From: Bugula neritina
Taxonomy: Eukaryota; Animalia; Bryozoa
Reading direction: 5' to 3'
Length of the DNA: 64,000 nt
Assembly (NCBI GenBank): GCA_964035545.1
Contig: OZ037773.1
Span: 1,889,751-1,953,750, forward strand
Shown: piece after piece, positions 46,861 to 59,103 of the stretch
Layout of the letters: each line of letters starts with the position of its first letter
Numbering within the stretch: position 1 is the first letter of the stretch
Translations under genes and position numbers: made by a program
The notes under the pieces: generated by a model
What the model was told of the DNA's origin: nothing
The model's database searches: none
What the model saw: only the letters and a program-made list of their open reading frames with translations

Positions 46861-48189
46861 ATTTATGTCATTCCAGCAATCAATGTAATGCCTTGCTTGT
46901 GTAAACTACAATATTTTGCAAAAACATTACTAGGAAGTTATTTATAGACTCACTGTATCCAAATCGTTCTCTTACTATTTTATTACCAAGTTATGTGAGT
47001 AAATCACCCGATATTATCAGTGGAATGCACCCTATAATGATATTCAAATACCAGCTATATTGGAGGCTAGAAGTTGTTTGGATGTTGGGTTGATAGGGCT
47101 AAAACTGACTTTATTATTGGTAAAGCTGGCCAAGTAAACACATAATCTTGTTTGTGAGGTGAACATTGTTTCTTATAATACCATTGACTTAATATTGTAT
47201 GATTTCCTGCTTACTTGATGAGTTGAACTTGTTATACAGTTTCAGTTGAAGAGACAAAAATATGTCTTCTACAGATACAGCTCACTAGAAAGTTATTGTC
47301 TACAAGCTACACTACACATTCTATACACTATGTTCTATACTTCGAGTTCTACACTCTTTGCATTCTATACTCCACCTTCTACATTGCACACTCTACATTT
47401 AGTCTTGTATTTTCTACATTCTATTTTCTATGCTCTTCATACTAATTTACGCTCTATAATAATATGTGCTATGCTTTACATTCTACAATCTACATCTACA
47501 ATCTACAATCCACATGTTCTATGCGTTACATTCCACATTTTGTACTTTACACAACCTCTCTCCCATCCTCTGTATCTAGTATCCCAGTCACCAAGTTGGG
47601 AAACTGAAATATGTCAATAGAATTTAAAATATGACAAATAAAAGTTGCATCATCATATTATGACAACTGTTGGTTAGGTTTACTTTTAGTTATTTCTGTG
47701 TGTTATGCAATAGATACAAATATGGCACATCAACACTGACTGGGCATTGCTACCAGCAGATAAAACAAATATAATTGGGTAATAAAACAAACATTGGAAG
47801 CTGAAGCTACTGACCTATTAATTGCTGACCTATAATTAAACGAATAATAGTATGCTATTATGATGTAATGCACCTTCCACATGATAAGCTGGCTATTCTC
47901 TAACTTCATCTGTTAATCTAATGTTCAGCTTCCTCCATGACACATGCATTCCTTTACTGCAGCTTTGTGAAAACAACTTCCCCAGCTGAAAACAACAGGG
48001 GGTTTGATACCAGTGTAACCACAGCTGCCTTTTCACTATTAGACTATGAAGGACAACTATTAGCATAGGGCCACATAAGGTGGAATTCAATTACTTGCCA
48101 CACAATACAATGATAGCAAGGGCGAAACTGAAGTGGCACTACCCTTACCACTATTGAAGGTTTATTGTAAGCTACGAAATACTGTAAAG

Positions 48190-48640
48190 TTATATTGTAG
48201 GTATATTTTAGGTATATTGTAGGTGTATTGTAGGTATATTGTAGGTATATTGTAGGTATATTGTAGGTATATTGTAGGTATATTGTAGGTATATTGTAGG
48301 TATATTGTAGAGGTGTATTGTAGGTATATTGTATAGGTGTATTGTAAGTATATTGTAGAGGTGTATTGGCGGTATATTGTAAGGGTATACGATGGAAATG
48401 TATTTTATGGGGTTATATATTGCATAGAGGTACGAGTATATTGTATAGGTTATACATTGTAAGGGTTACATATTATTGTAGGGGTTATACATTGTAAGGG
48501 TTATATATGTTAAGGGCATATTGCAAGGGTATACTGTAGGGGTTATATTGTAGGGGTATATTGTAGGGATATACTGTAGGGGTTATATTGTAGGGGTATA
48601 TTGTAGGGGTATATTGTAGGGATATACTGTAGGGGTTATA
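48190..48640. repeat. Intergenic minisatellite, 11-12-nt unit (GTATATTGTAG)
   Basis: Visible array. Confidence 0.9.
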
Positions 48641-50062
48641 TACTATATAGAGGGCACGTTGCTAAGGAATGCTGACTCTACTCTTTTATTCACCAATCCT
48701 GTTGTTCTTAATTAAGAAGGAACAGGATGCTGGGGCAGCAAGGACTGGATGATGCATGACTATGAATCAGAAGATTGAGTCACAACTCTAACTACACTGC
48801 ACCAAAGAGTTAAAGGTGTATATATCACTCTGCACTTTGCACTAGCTGTACACCCTTAGTTGATCCCCTAAGCCCTAAACCATACCCTATATTCTATGCA
48901 CAACCTAGTTGTTCCCCTAAACCATAACCCTTATACAATGTAATATTACACACCACATACCTAGTTATTTCCCTAAACCATACCATATTCTATGTACAGC
49001 CTAATTGTTTCCTTTATACCACATAATACAGCACACCACGTCCCTGGATATTTCTCAACAGTCCACACCATATACCATATTTTATACACACATAGCTGGT
49101 TGTTCTCATAAACCAGTATATATTCTGCAGGCACCCCTAGCTCAGGTGTCAGTTCATCTTTTTAGTTATATCAGTTATATTAAATTGAAATTATTTTGGT
49201 ACGATTTATATTTGGCTCAAGTCGCTTAAATTAATGTGTCAGATTTTGATAAACTTTTACAGGCTGCTTTAGGATGTTCAGCTCTCCTATGGGTTCACTT
49301 TCCTCAATGTGCATTTTATACTATTCAAAAATTGATATTCCATGTATACCATTTATCTAGCTGTTAGCTTGCACTACATGTATTGCATTGTGTGTAAAAT
49401 ATTATATTTGGTAACGGTCTATTACATATTTATAGTTGTAACCTGCATGATAATGTCATGTGAAATATAATATATATTATTACTATATAATATATTATTA
49501 TGATATAACATATTGTGATACTATCATTAACTGCGTGTTTTAATTTTATATACTTCTAAGCACAAATTTTATTTTCTAACTATCTTATGACATCTGTTAA
49601 CAAGAGAATAGAAAAAAAGAAGACAACTTGCATTCCTTCTTACCCAATAAAGCTATTATCACTATTCACATGTATATTGTATATATAATTGTACTTATTT
49701 TAGGACTGGGTTTTACTGGCGAAGCAATGGTAGCGTGTATATGGTAGCGTATATTGCATGAAAATAATCTTATATAGAACATAAAATGTAGAAAATAATA
49801 AACATAGCTTATAGCATTACCCTGCTTATAACTGACAATATGTTTCTTTAAACAAAATATAGCTATAGAAAGTTATTACCACAACAAAAAGTAAAGCTTA
49901 CGATTAAAGCTGCAAAATAATGTGATTGGTAATTAGTTTCTGTAAGTTTTAATATGTTATATAGACACCATACGTTTTATATAATTAAATAGATCATGTT
50001 ATAAAGAGTATAGTTAGGAAATATAGGTCTGCAGAGACATATGATTGCTGCAGGCCACATCA

Positions 50063-53000
50063 TTATGGTTCCGGCTCGCTTGGGAAAGCATTATCAGGAT
50101 TTTCTTCCCTTCGCTGTATAAGAAAAACAATTATAAACAGTTAAGAATCTGTAGAGCATTAGTATGTTCTGAGTAGTTATTTGATTCTTTCATTGTAGTG
50201 CCAGTTGACGCACCAATAAAAATCAATTGGATTCTAGAGTCTAGAGAAACTTTATATAAATTTGATGTACTCACCCTGATTATAGTTCCATCTGGCAGTA
50301 TAATTCCTATGTTATCATCAAATATGGGTCCTGGTGGCTGTGTGAGAAAAGTAATACATAGAGTTAAGTTTCTGTAGAAATTGAATTTCATGTATAACAA
50401 GGATCCAACTGAATGTACTTGGGTATAGCCATTTTAACCCCTACTGTAGTGTCAGCTGACACTACAATAATTAAGGTCAGGGGTTAGCTGTTCTCTAGAG
50501 GAACTTTATATAAAATAGATATACTCATCCCTAATGGAACTCCATCCTGTACAAAATTAGGGTCATTTTCAAATGGTGGCTGTGTAAAAAGGTAATATAA
50601 TATAATATATAGTGAGCATGGTAATCAAATGTGCAATAGTATGTACTGAGTAGTCATTTTGACTCCTCTGTTGTAGTGTCAATTGATATTACAATAGGAA
50701 GTCTGATGGATTTCTAGATAAACTTTATATGAATTGGATGTATTCACCAGAACTGTAGGTGGGTCCAGCCATTGAGGCTCTTCTACTGGGAAAATTCCAT
50801 CCAGTAGAAGAGCTACAATAAAAGCTCAGTTAAAATCTCAACAGTTCAGTTAAAATCTGAGCTGAAGTCAGCTGGTTTCTAGAAAAAACTTCACATAAAC
50901 TAAATGAACCCACCCTAACCGTAGGTAGGCCCAGCCATTGAGGCCTTTCTGCCGGAAGAATTTGACTCTGTCCTGGATTTAGATCCACTACGTCATTAGG
51001 ATTAACTTCCAATGGTGGCTGTGTAAGAAAAGTAGTATAATATAGATAGTGAGAATCAGTAGAACCTGAATTTAATGTTAATTAAACATATACATGCAGC
51101 TGTATGTACTGAGTAGGCTAATTGACTGTTTTATGGTAGTGTCTGTTGACATTAAAATAAAAGTTCAGATGAAATCTCAGCAGAAGTCAACTGTTCTCTA
51201 GAGAGAAACTTTATATAAACTAAATATACTCACCGCGACTGTAGGTGGACCCTGCCATTGAGAAATTTTATCTAGCCCTGGAGTTGTAATCACTTCATCT
51301 TCAAGGTCAACTGCTTTGGGTTGCTGTGAATAAAAAGTAACATATAAAGTTAAGTGTTTGTGGAAATTCTAGGTTCATCAAGCGTACAGTAGTATGTATA
51401 CTGTGTATATAAACAAACTACGGAGAACATAAGGATTGTATAATAGTGCATTGCTAGCATGGATGCTGAGATTTAGATTTTACACTGATATTTCTAGTTA
51501 TAGTATAGTTGTAGTGAGTCTAAGACTATACTGAAGCAAACCTAATCAAACAAAATCAATCTGGGTTGAATTTCCAGTGGGTTTCTGTCCTATTTACAGT
51601 GTAAGTCAATGAGCCAAATCGCTACGAGAATGCATATCAAAGATATAAAGACATGCAATGAATTAAAACAATAAAACTGTTCGCATACTTTAAAATTCAC
51701 ACTCTCAATATTGATCTCTAGAAGTTACAATGCCAGCGTTACATATGTAGAATAAACTTTTCAAAGATTCTTGTTCATACAGCCACCACAATTACTTTAT
51801 AAGAAACAAACAATTAAAATGGTTTTACAAGTAGAAACACTCGAGTTCTCACTTTTGAAAGTTGGTCTTTGCACCGTTTGCATGTTGGTCTACATCCTTT
51901 GCCATTAGGATAGAATTCCTCCACATTCTGACAGTTAGGTCCTGGTCTTCCTTTTTTAGGACAACCTTTCCTCTTACACTTCTTTTTTGGATTCAATAAT
52001 TTAATAACATGTTAAAATAAAATTACGCTGCTACATCTGCAATTCCTATGTTGAACTTCATGAGTCCCTTTATTGGCTATAGTCAGATTACTCTTATGCT
52101 GCTTTAATTCTTAAAAACAACTGCATGAAGCAAGCAGAGTATAGACAAAGAAAGCTACCTTCAGAATGATTGGATCGGCACACCTCTGACATTTTGGTCT
52201 ACATCCCTCACCATTTGGAAAGTAATCCACCACCCACTCACAGCTCTGTGGAATCTTTTTTTTCGGACATGCTTTTCGTGTGCATTTCTTCTTTGGAGGC
52301 TAAGTACAAGTGGTATCGGAAATTAAACAATTTCGAAATTGTAATAAATTGTTTGGTTACCTGAAAGCAGAACTTACTAGTTATCAGAAAACAAAGCTCA
52401 TAACATTTGAGAAACAGAAATGAACAACTAACTTTAGGATCTTTACAGACTTTGCAAGCAGGAGCACACCTCTCTCCATTCGGGTAGTATATCTCTACAT
52501 TTTTACATTGGCTGCTGACTTTCTTTTTTGGGCAGGCTTTCCTTTGGCACTTTCTTTTTGGTGGCTACAAGTTGAATATAGTTACCTTAGATTTATACTA
52601 CACAACATGAAAAGAGTACTAAGTAGAAAGTACACTGCATGAAACGAATATACAAAATTTTTATGTCCATATGATTAACAATTATTATAGGCACAAAGGG
52701 CACTTGTTTTTCATTTTGTTATACAAGATCAATTTGTCAACCACAACTTAATTATATACTTTGATTTTTATTTCACTTTAGAATACACAACTTAGAAGCT
52801 TACCTTAGTTGGAACAGGGTCTTTGCAGACGCTGCACTTGGGTTTACATCCTTGACCATTTGGATAGTAATCACCCACATTCTTACAACTTTTCGGAACT
52901 TTTTTTCTGGGACATGCTTTTCTTGTGCATTTCTTCTTTGGAGGCTAAATTTGAACAGTTAGAATGCAAAAGTGGATTATTGTGGTGCAGTTCCAGCTGT

Positions 53001-54462
53001 ATTTGGCACAAAACTGACTGTAATATTTTTATAAAGTAACACTTCAGTTGATTAAATGGAAACATGTGTAAGCTTTGCATCAAACTGTGTGTACTGCATA
53101 ACTATACCACCTGTACTGCATTACTATACCATCTGTACTGTATGTTTATACCACCTGCGTTGTATGTCGACATATACCACTTGTAATACATACCTAACTA
53201 TACCTGTACTACATGAAAATTATATGAGCTTACTCTAGTTGGAACAGGATCTCTGCAGACCTTGCATTTGGGTCTACATCCTTTACCATTTGGATAGTAG
53301 TCAACCACATTCTTACAGCTTTCATGAACCTTCTTTCTTGGACATGCTTTCCTTGTGCATTTTTTTCGAGGAATCTGAAATTTCGAATGGTCAGATATGC
53401 AAAGCTGAAAAGTTCCTTCAACTGCAGGAGCATTGTTTGCGATTAATAGTAGTGATCTGAGATGTTTAGTATTATTTATTAGTGGATGATAGAGGTGACA
53501 AGTGGTTACTAGTTAGCATCACCTAGAGATTATTAGTTATTAGTGATATTAGGTATTGGTCTATGGTTAGTGTTGGTTAGTAGCTAGTAAACTCATTACT
53601 AGTTAGTGCTAGTCATTATTAGTTAGTGCTAATTAACATTGGTCTATACTGGTTAGTAGTAGCAATTATTCATTAGTAATGTAGATAAATTGGGATAGTA
53701 GTAGTTGGAAAATGCCTATTTTTGCTAAAACTTATCCATTGGTATAAAGTAAAAATTTCTAGTATGTTGACATGTTGCTAACCTTTTTTGTGGTAGTCAG
53801 CTTGGTGACTTCTGTGGTAGGCTTTTCGTTCATTTCTGTGGTGGTTGTTTCAGCCATTTCTGTGGTGGTTGTTTCAGCCATCTTTGTGGTGGTCGTTTCA
53901 GCCACCTTTGTGGTGGTCGTTTCAGCCACCTTTGTGGTGGTCGTTTCAGCCACCTTTGTGGTGGTTGTTTCAGCCACCTTTGTGGTGGATTTTAGAAACA
54001 AAACATATTAATAAATAAAGCAAATTTTAGCGTAACATATCTAAGAAAAGCAGGGGAGCAGCTGTAGTCTAGAGGTCAGAGTATTTGCCTAGTAAACACG
54101 AGGCCATGGGTTCTAATCCTGACAAAGGCCTTCGGTAATGCTAGAAAGAGCATCCAGTCATAATTGCTTCTGTGCCCCATATGAATAACTTTTTAGCCCA
54201 CTGTATAGAAAACTCTTTCCATTAGGGCTTTCTCATATGGATGGTGACTATAAACTTGCGTTCATTTTTATATCTAGAAAAGCAACAGTGACAGTGTCAC
54301 TACACTAAGCTGTTGTGGAAGCTCTCTCTCTCTTGCAGTCAGTCGATACGACTATGGAAGCTAACCAACTGTATAAGTGGTGCAGGAAATTACTCTCACC
54401 TGAGAGACGCATCCTGCTATGATTGATAGACCAATAAGCAGTGTCCAATACTGTGACTTCAT
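50063..54462 (-). CDS. Secreted protein, copy A (~420 aa): signal peptide, Thr-rich stalk, 5 Lys/Arg-rich PNG modules, acidic tail of short exons
   Basis: Phase-0 exons: 54462-54400 (MKSQYWTLLIGLSIIAGCVSQ), 53977-53783 (VAETTTTK repeats), 53374-53234 (IPRKKCTRKACPRKKVHESCKNVVDYYPNGKGCRPKCKVCRDPVPTR), 52944-52804, 52564-52433, 52299-52159, 51990-51853 (acceptor altered), 51323-51234, 51018-50914, 50337-50275, 50113-50063 (RREENPDNAFPSEPEP*). Confidence 0.87.
54053..54270 (+). mobile_element. tRNA-derived SINE, copy 3, with target-site duplication
   Basis: Same head and body as the other copies; flanked by TATCTAAGAAAAGCA (54038-54052) and TATCTAGAAAAGCA (54271-54284). Confidence 0.9.
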
Positions 54463-56231
54463 TTCCCCTCACAGATTTTCTGCGGGATATACTGGTCAAC
54501 CAGGAACTGCATAATGTAACGGAGCAAGTATGCATTGAGTGTGTAAACAATTTAAAGCTCAGTAGATCTTAGCGAACTTCGTAATATTTATCAAACTAGT
54601 AGCCAATACTCCTTGCATATGCATTTACTATACATTTATATATCAATGCCAGATGGTAAAATAAACTTTTAAGTACGGCATTTACTATAATATTTCCCAA
54701 CTGCATGACGTCCAATACCGATTTCAACCGTGTCTATAATTTGTAACTCTTGTTAATGACTATTGACTTCCTGTCATATGCTAACTACCTTATATTATAT
54801 ATTATTGTTTGATTTATGTCCCATAATTTCAAGTTTATGTGACATACATAAAATTCTAGCTAAATTACACAATTTTTCACATATTACATAGTATCTACAT
54901 ATTTCATTCTGTATCATATTGTGTCATTAGTCTTATATATTGTATGCTAAGTTTGATCAAATATCCTTGTTTTAGTTTTATATATTACCTATATATACCT
55001 ATATACCTATATATATTATTCCATTAGTCTTATACATTATTATCAATCTAGCACTGTATACTATGTAATTGTTTCACTCAATATTATATGTTGCTAAATA
55101 TTACTTGAACTAAAATGATGCAATAATCTTCATTTAAAATGCTAAGATTGAGTACAATGTGTGATGTACTGTGATACTGTACTATAATTGCTTTAAACTT
55201 ATCAAACATTTTTTCTACTACTATATAAATTTAGGTATCCTAATAAAATGACAATATAATAATGTATTATAAAATTACAAAGATAAAATAATAGAAATTA
55301 CTGGAACAACATAAACTTGCTTTCTAATTAGTACGCAAGTATTTGTGAACATGAATACAAAACTGTATTGAAATTAGATTGGGCAACTTATATTGCAATA
55401 TATTGTTTTTAAATATTATTAGTATAGTTTATACTGCCATATATCGTATTATACTGTATAAAACATACCAGTATTATATGTTACAATATTATACATTGAG
55501 ATTAAAGATGCTACTCTTATTTAGCAGTGGTATAATTAAGCAATGTGAAATGCATCGACAGTATAAAGTAACTATAACTATAGAATTATTATTGATACAC
55601 TTTCTATTGCCAAATTATATTATTGCTAAACAAGAGTAGCATCTTTCATATAAAAATATATTATTACAATGTAAAATCAAAATATTTCATTTCTATAGAA
55701 TAGTCTATTTATATATCATATGTAATATATTATATATAATATATTACATATAAACCTACAATATATCACTATAGTATATTTCATATAACAAATGATACCC
55801 AATATGCAAATTGTATAATACACCATTATCATATTATACGACTACTACATTTTAAAATATAAAATATTATTGTATATTAATACTATAACTATTATAATAT
55901 AATTCTTCAACGTAATTATTTGATATTGCTATATAATACTCCTAATTATTAATAATTACTTAATATTATCTGAAGCTACTATATATAATACTTCAATATA
56001 CTATACTTCTATACAAGTATTATTATATATTATACTCCTATACATTATATACTTATGTACAAGTATACATTATACTATACTACTATACATTATATACTAG
56101 TATTAATATATATTATACTCCTATACATTATACTTCTATACTAGTATATATTATATTATACTACTATATATGCTATACTTCTATACAAGTATTAATATTA
56201 TAAGATACTATATAATATATTCTAGTAATAC

Positions 56232-56323
56232 CTGATACAACTGAGTCTAACTGATTAAGCAGCTCCTACAAGATGCCAGAGTTCCAGTCTTATGAGCTGC
56301 TGCTTCACACCCCACCTTATATA
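56232..56323 (-). promoter_or_regulatory. Candidate TATA box and non-coding exon 1 of copy A
   Basis: Minus strand TATATAAG (56323-56316) followed by a short GC-richer segment ending CAG|GTATTA at 56232; same layout as the WAP/PNG gene. Confidence 0.6.
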
Positions 56324-56850
56324 CATGCTACCTCACTTCTCTCAACACAATGGCAGCTCTCCAACACAATGGCAGCTCTCCAAACAATGGCAGCATTCTA
56401 CAGGCCTTGTGATCTCCATGAAAAATCATGTGATCGCTAGCTCTTTATTATGCTGGTGCCGTCATCACCTGGTGCTGTCAGTTACTTAGAATAGTTTAGA
56501 GTTCAGTTATAATTATCTGCCTTCCTTCAACAGGAGTCGATTGTGTTGAGATTTAAGGTTGCAAAAGTTCAAATTGTCATGTGACTTGACTAATGGACAT
56601 ACAGTAGCTATACTATAATATATTACATGTAAGAAATACCAATACAATATCATATAGTATAACTATTTTATCCATAACCTATAATGACATATTTTACTTT
56701 ATAACACAGAATATGTTATGAAATATTATCATATATAATTTGGTATAATGTTATATAGAACATTATGAACAAGTACAATGTACAATTTCGTATATATATT
56801 ATAGTATACTACATATGATTTATTATATATGCATTATGATATATAATATA

Positions 56851-57032
56851 GAGAGCAGCCATGATATAGTAATTGAAACATAGATTTAGTAAACATGAGG
56901 TTAGTGGTTTTAATACCAGGAAAGACGATATCGATGTTTGGAAAAGCTTTATAGTGTCTTAATTACTCCTTCGTCACAATAGAGAAACAAACTTTAAAAA
57001 CTATTTTGATATGGTGCCTATAAACTGACGTG
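56851..57032 (+). mobile_element. tRNA-derived SINE, copy 4 (strongly decayed)
   Basis: GAGAGCAGCC...TAGTAAACATGAGG...TAATTACTCCT...CTATAAACTGACGTG aligns by eye to the other copies. Confidence 0.6.
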
Positions 57033-57672
57033 GGTTTACCATGTTATCACATATATAACATGTTTTACTATGCATTTCATATACTGTTGCATGTATCATA
57101 GCATATCACATAATATAAAACACAGCGTATAAGATACTATATGACTCAAATTATAGCTCACAGCATGTAATATAATATGCATCACAACATAAAATATGGC
57201 GCCCAACATACTAGATTATGATATATATTATCAATTCAATTAGCAATAAATAACTGAAACAAAATTAATGAAACATACCACCACAATCTTATTCTAAATA
57301 ACATAGAAATATTATATGATTTAAGGTGTGATGTGACTGCATAGACAATTGTTGGTAGCTTTTTTGACAGCCAACAATACATACATTTTTCCAAATGTTC
57401 AACAGTGATATACTTCTCAGAAGAAAGTAATTAGTAGTTCTGTCCATCAGAGCAAAGTTTGAAGTTTGCGTATACTGTATTTGCATTCTTGTCTGTCATC
57501 AGCTATTATGTGCCTTTCCCCAGTTCTGCCTCTTCACAACAATAATACATTCTACGAGTGTGTTCAAGTCACGGAGGTAATTTTAGGTGTTGACTGAAGC
57601 TGAAATATGGCTTCAGCTAAATTCAACTGTAGCCTACACACAGGTATATAAAAGATAACATCTACCTGTGTG

Positions 57673-57782
<110 letters not shown>

Positions 57783-57852
57783 CTGTAGTGTAAGTTTGTT
57801 AAACAGCAGATAAAAGAGTGCTCAAATTATTATATGTTCAATAATGAGCAAT

Positions 57853-58192
57853 TATATTATCAAGAAAAAGAGCAATTTAATTAGGTGTTAATTTATTGTG
57901 CTTTTATTAGTTTCATGATTTTTTAGCACTCCTCAGGCACAATATGCATTATTGTTGTTACTTAAAGTATACAGAGATGAGCTAGATTTTTGTTACACAA
58001 AATTGGCAAGTTTCAGTGTACTAAACTTTTAAATTAATTATACTAGATTTGTAACCAATCAGCACTAATTACAGAAGCCTTAGCTAGACTCTGCAATAAT
58101 TATTGTGCCCGAGAAGTGCTAAAGAAGCATGAGACTAATAGTAGCACAATAATTTAACATCTGACTAATTTGCTCTTTTTCTTGATAATATA
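57853..58192. mobile_element. Foldback/MITE with ~95-bp TIRs, in TA context
   Basis: Left TATATTATCAAGAAAAAGAGCAATTTAATTAGGTGTTAATTTATTGTGC...TTTAGCACTCCTCAGGCACAATA matches the reverse complement of TATTGTGCCCGAGAAGTGCTAAA...GCACAATAATTTAACATCTGACTAATTTGCTCTTTTTCTTGATAATATA. Confidence 0.88.
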
Positions 58193-59103
58193 TATATATA
58201 TATATATATACATATATTATATGTATATTATATGTATATATATGTGTGTGTGTGTGTGCGTGTGCGCGTGCACACTATTTTTATGTGTAACTTTTTATGA
58301 TATAATGTATTGTGATACTATTATTAATTGTGTTTTAATTTTATGTATTCCTTGACAAAAATGCTATTTTTCAATTATTTTATACTCAACAAGAGAATAG
58401 AAAAGAAAAAAAAACAACTTCTGTATTTTACCCAGTAGATGTATTATAATGATCCACAATATATAATTATACTTCTTTTAAAATTGAGTTAAACTGATGA
58501 AACGATGGCTGTTTGTATATGGTAGTATATTTTGCATGACAATTATTTTGTATAGAACATAATATGTAAAAAATAACAAAAATAGCTTTTAGTATTACTT
58601 TGCCTATAGCTGACAATAATATGTTCATTTAAACAAAATTTAGCTAGTAAGTTAAACTCACAATAAAATAAAGCTTACGATTGACGCTGTAAAGTAATGT
58701 TCATGATAAGTTACCGCAAATTTTATTATATAGGTACACAAAAGAAATTGAGATATAAAGAATAGAATTACAAAACACAGATCTGCAGAGAAGTTCTTTC
58801 TACAGGATGCACCAGCTACTTGTCATTACTATGCTTCCGGGTGGGTTGGGAAAACATCAACAGGGGCTTACTCCCATGGTGGCTGTACAAGAGAAATAAT
58901 ATAATATAAAGTTAAGTAGGCCTATATAATATGTAGAGCCTGAATTCTTTGTTTAACAAAATTTATTTGTATACACTGAGTAGTTTAGTTGACATCCTTT
59001 TGTATTGTCAGTTGATACTCCCATAGAGTTAACTGTTCTCTAGAGAGAAACTTTATATAAACTAAATATACCCACCGCGACTGTAGGTGAGCCCTGCCAT
59101 TAA

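Noticed and set aside
57289-57600. Possible coding remnant between the duplicates
   Set aside because: No recognisable motif, stops in alternative frames and no convincing splice chain.
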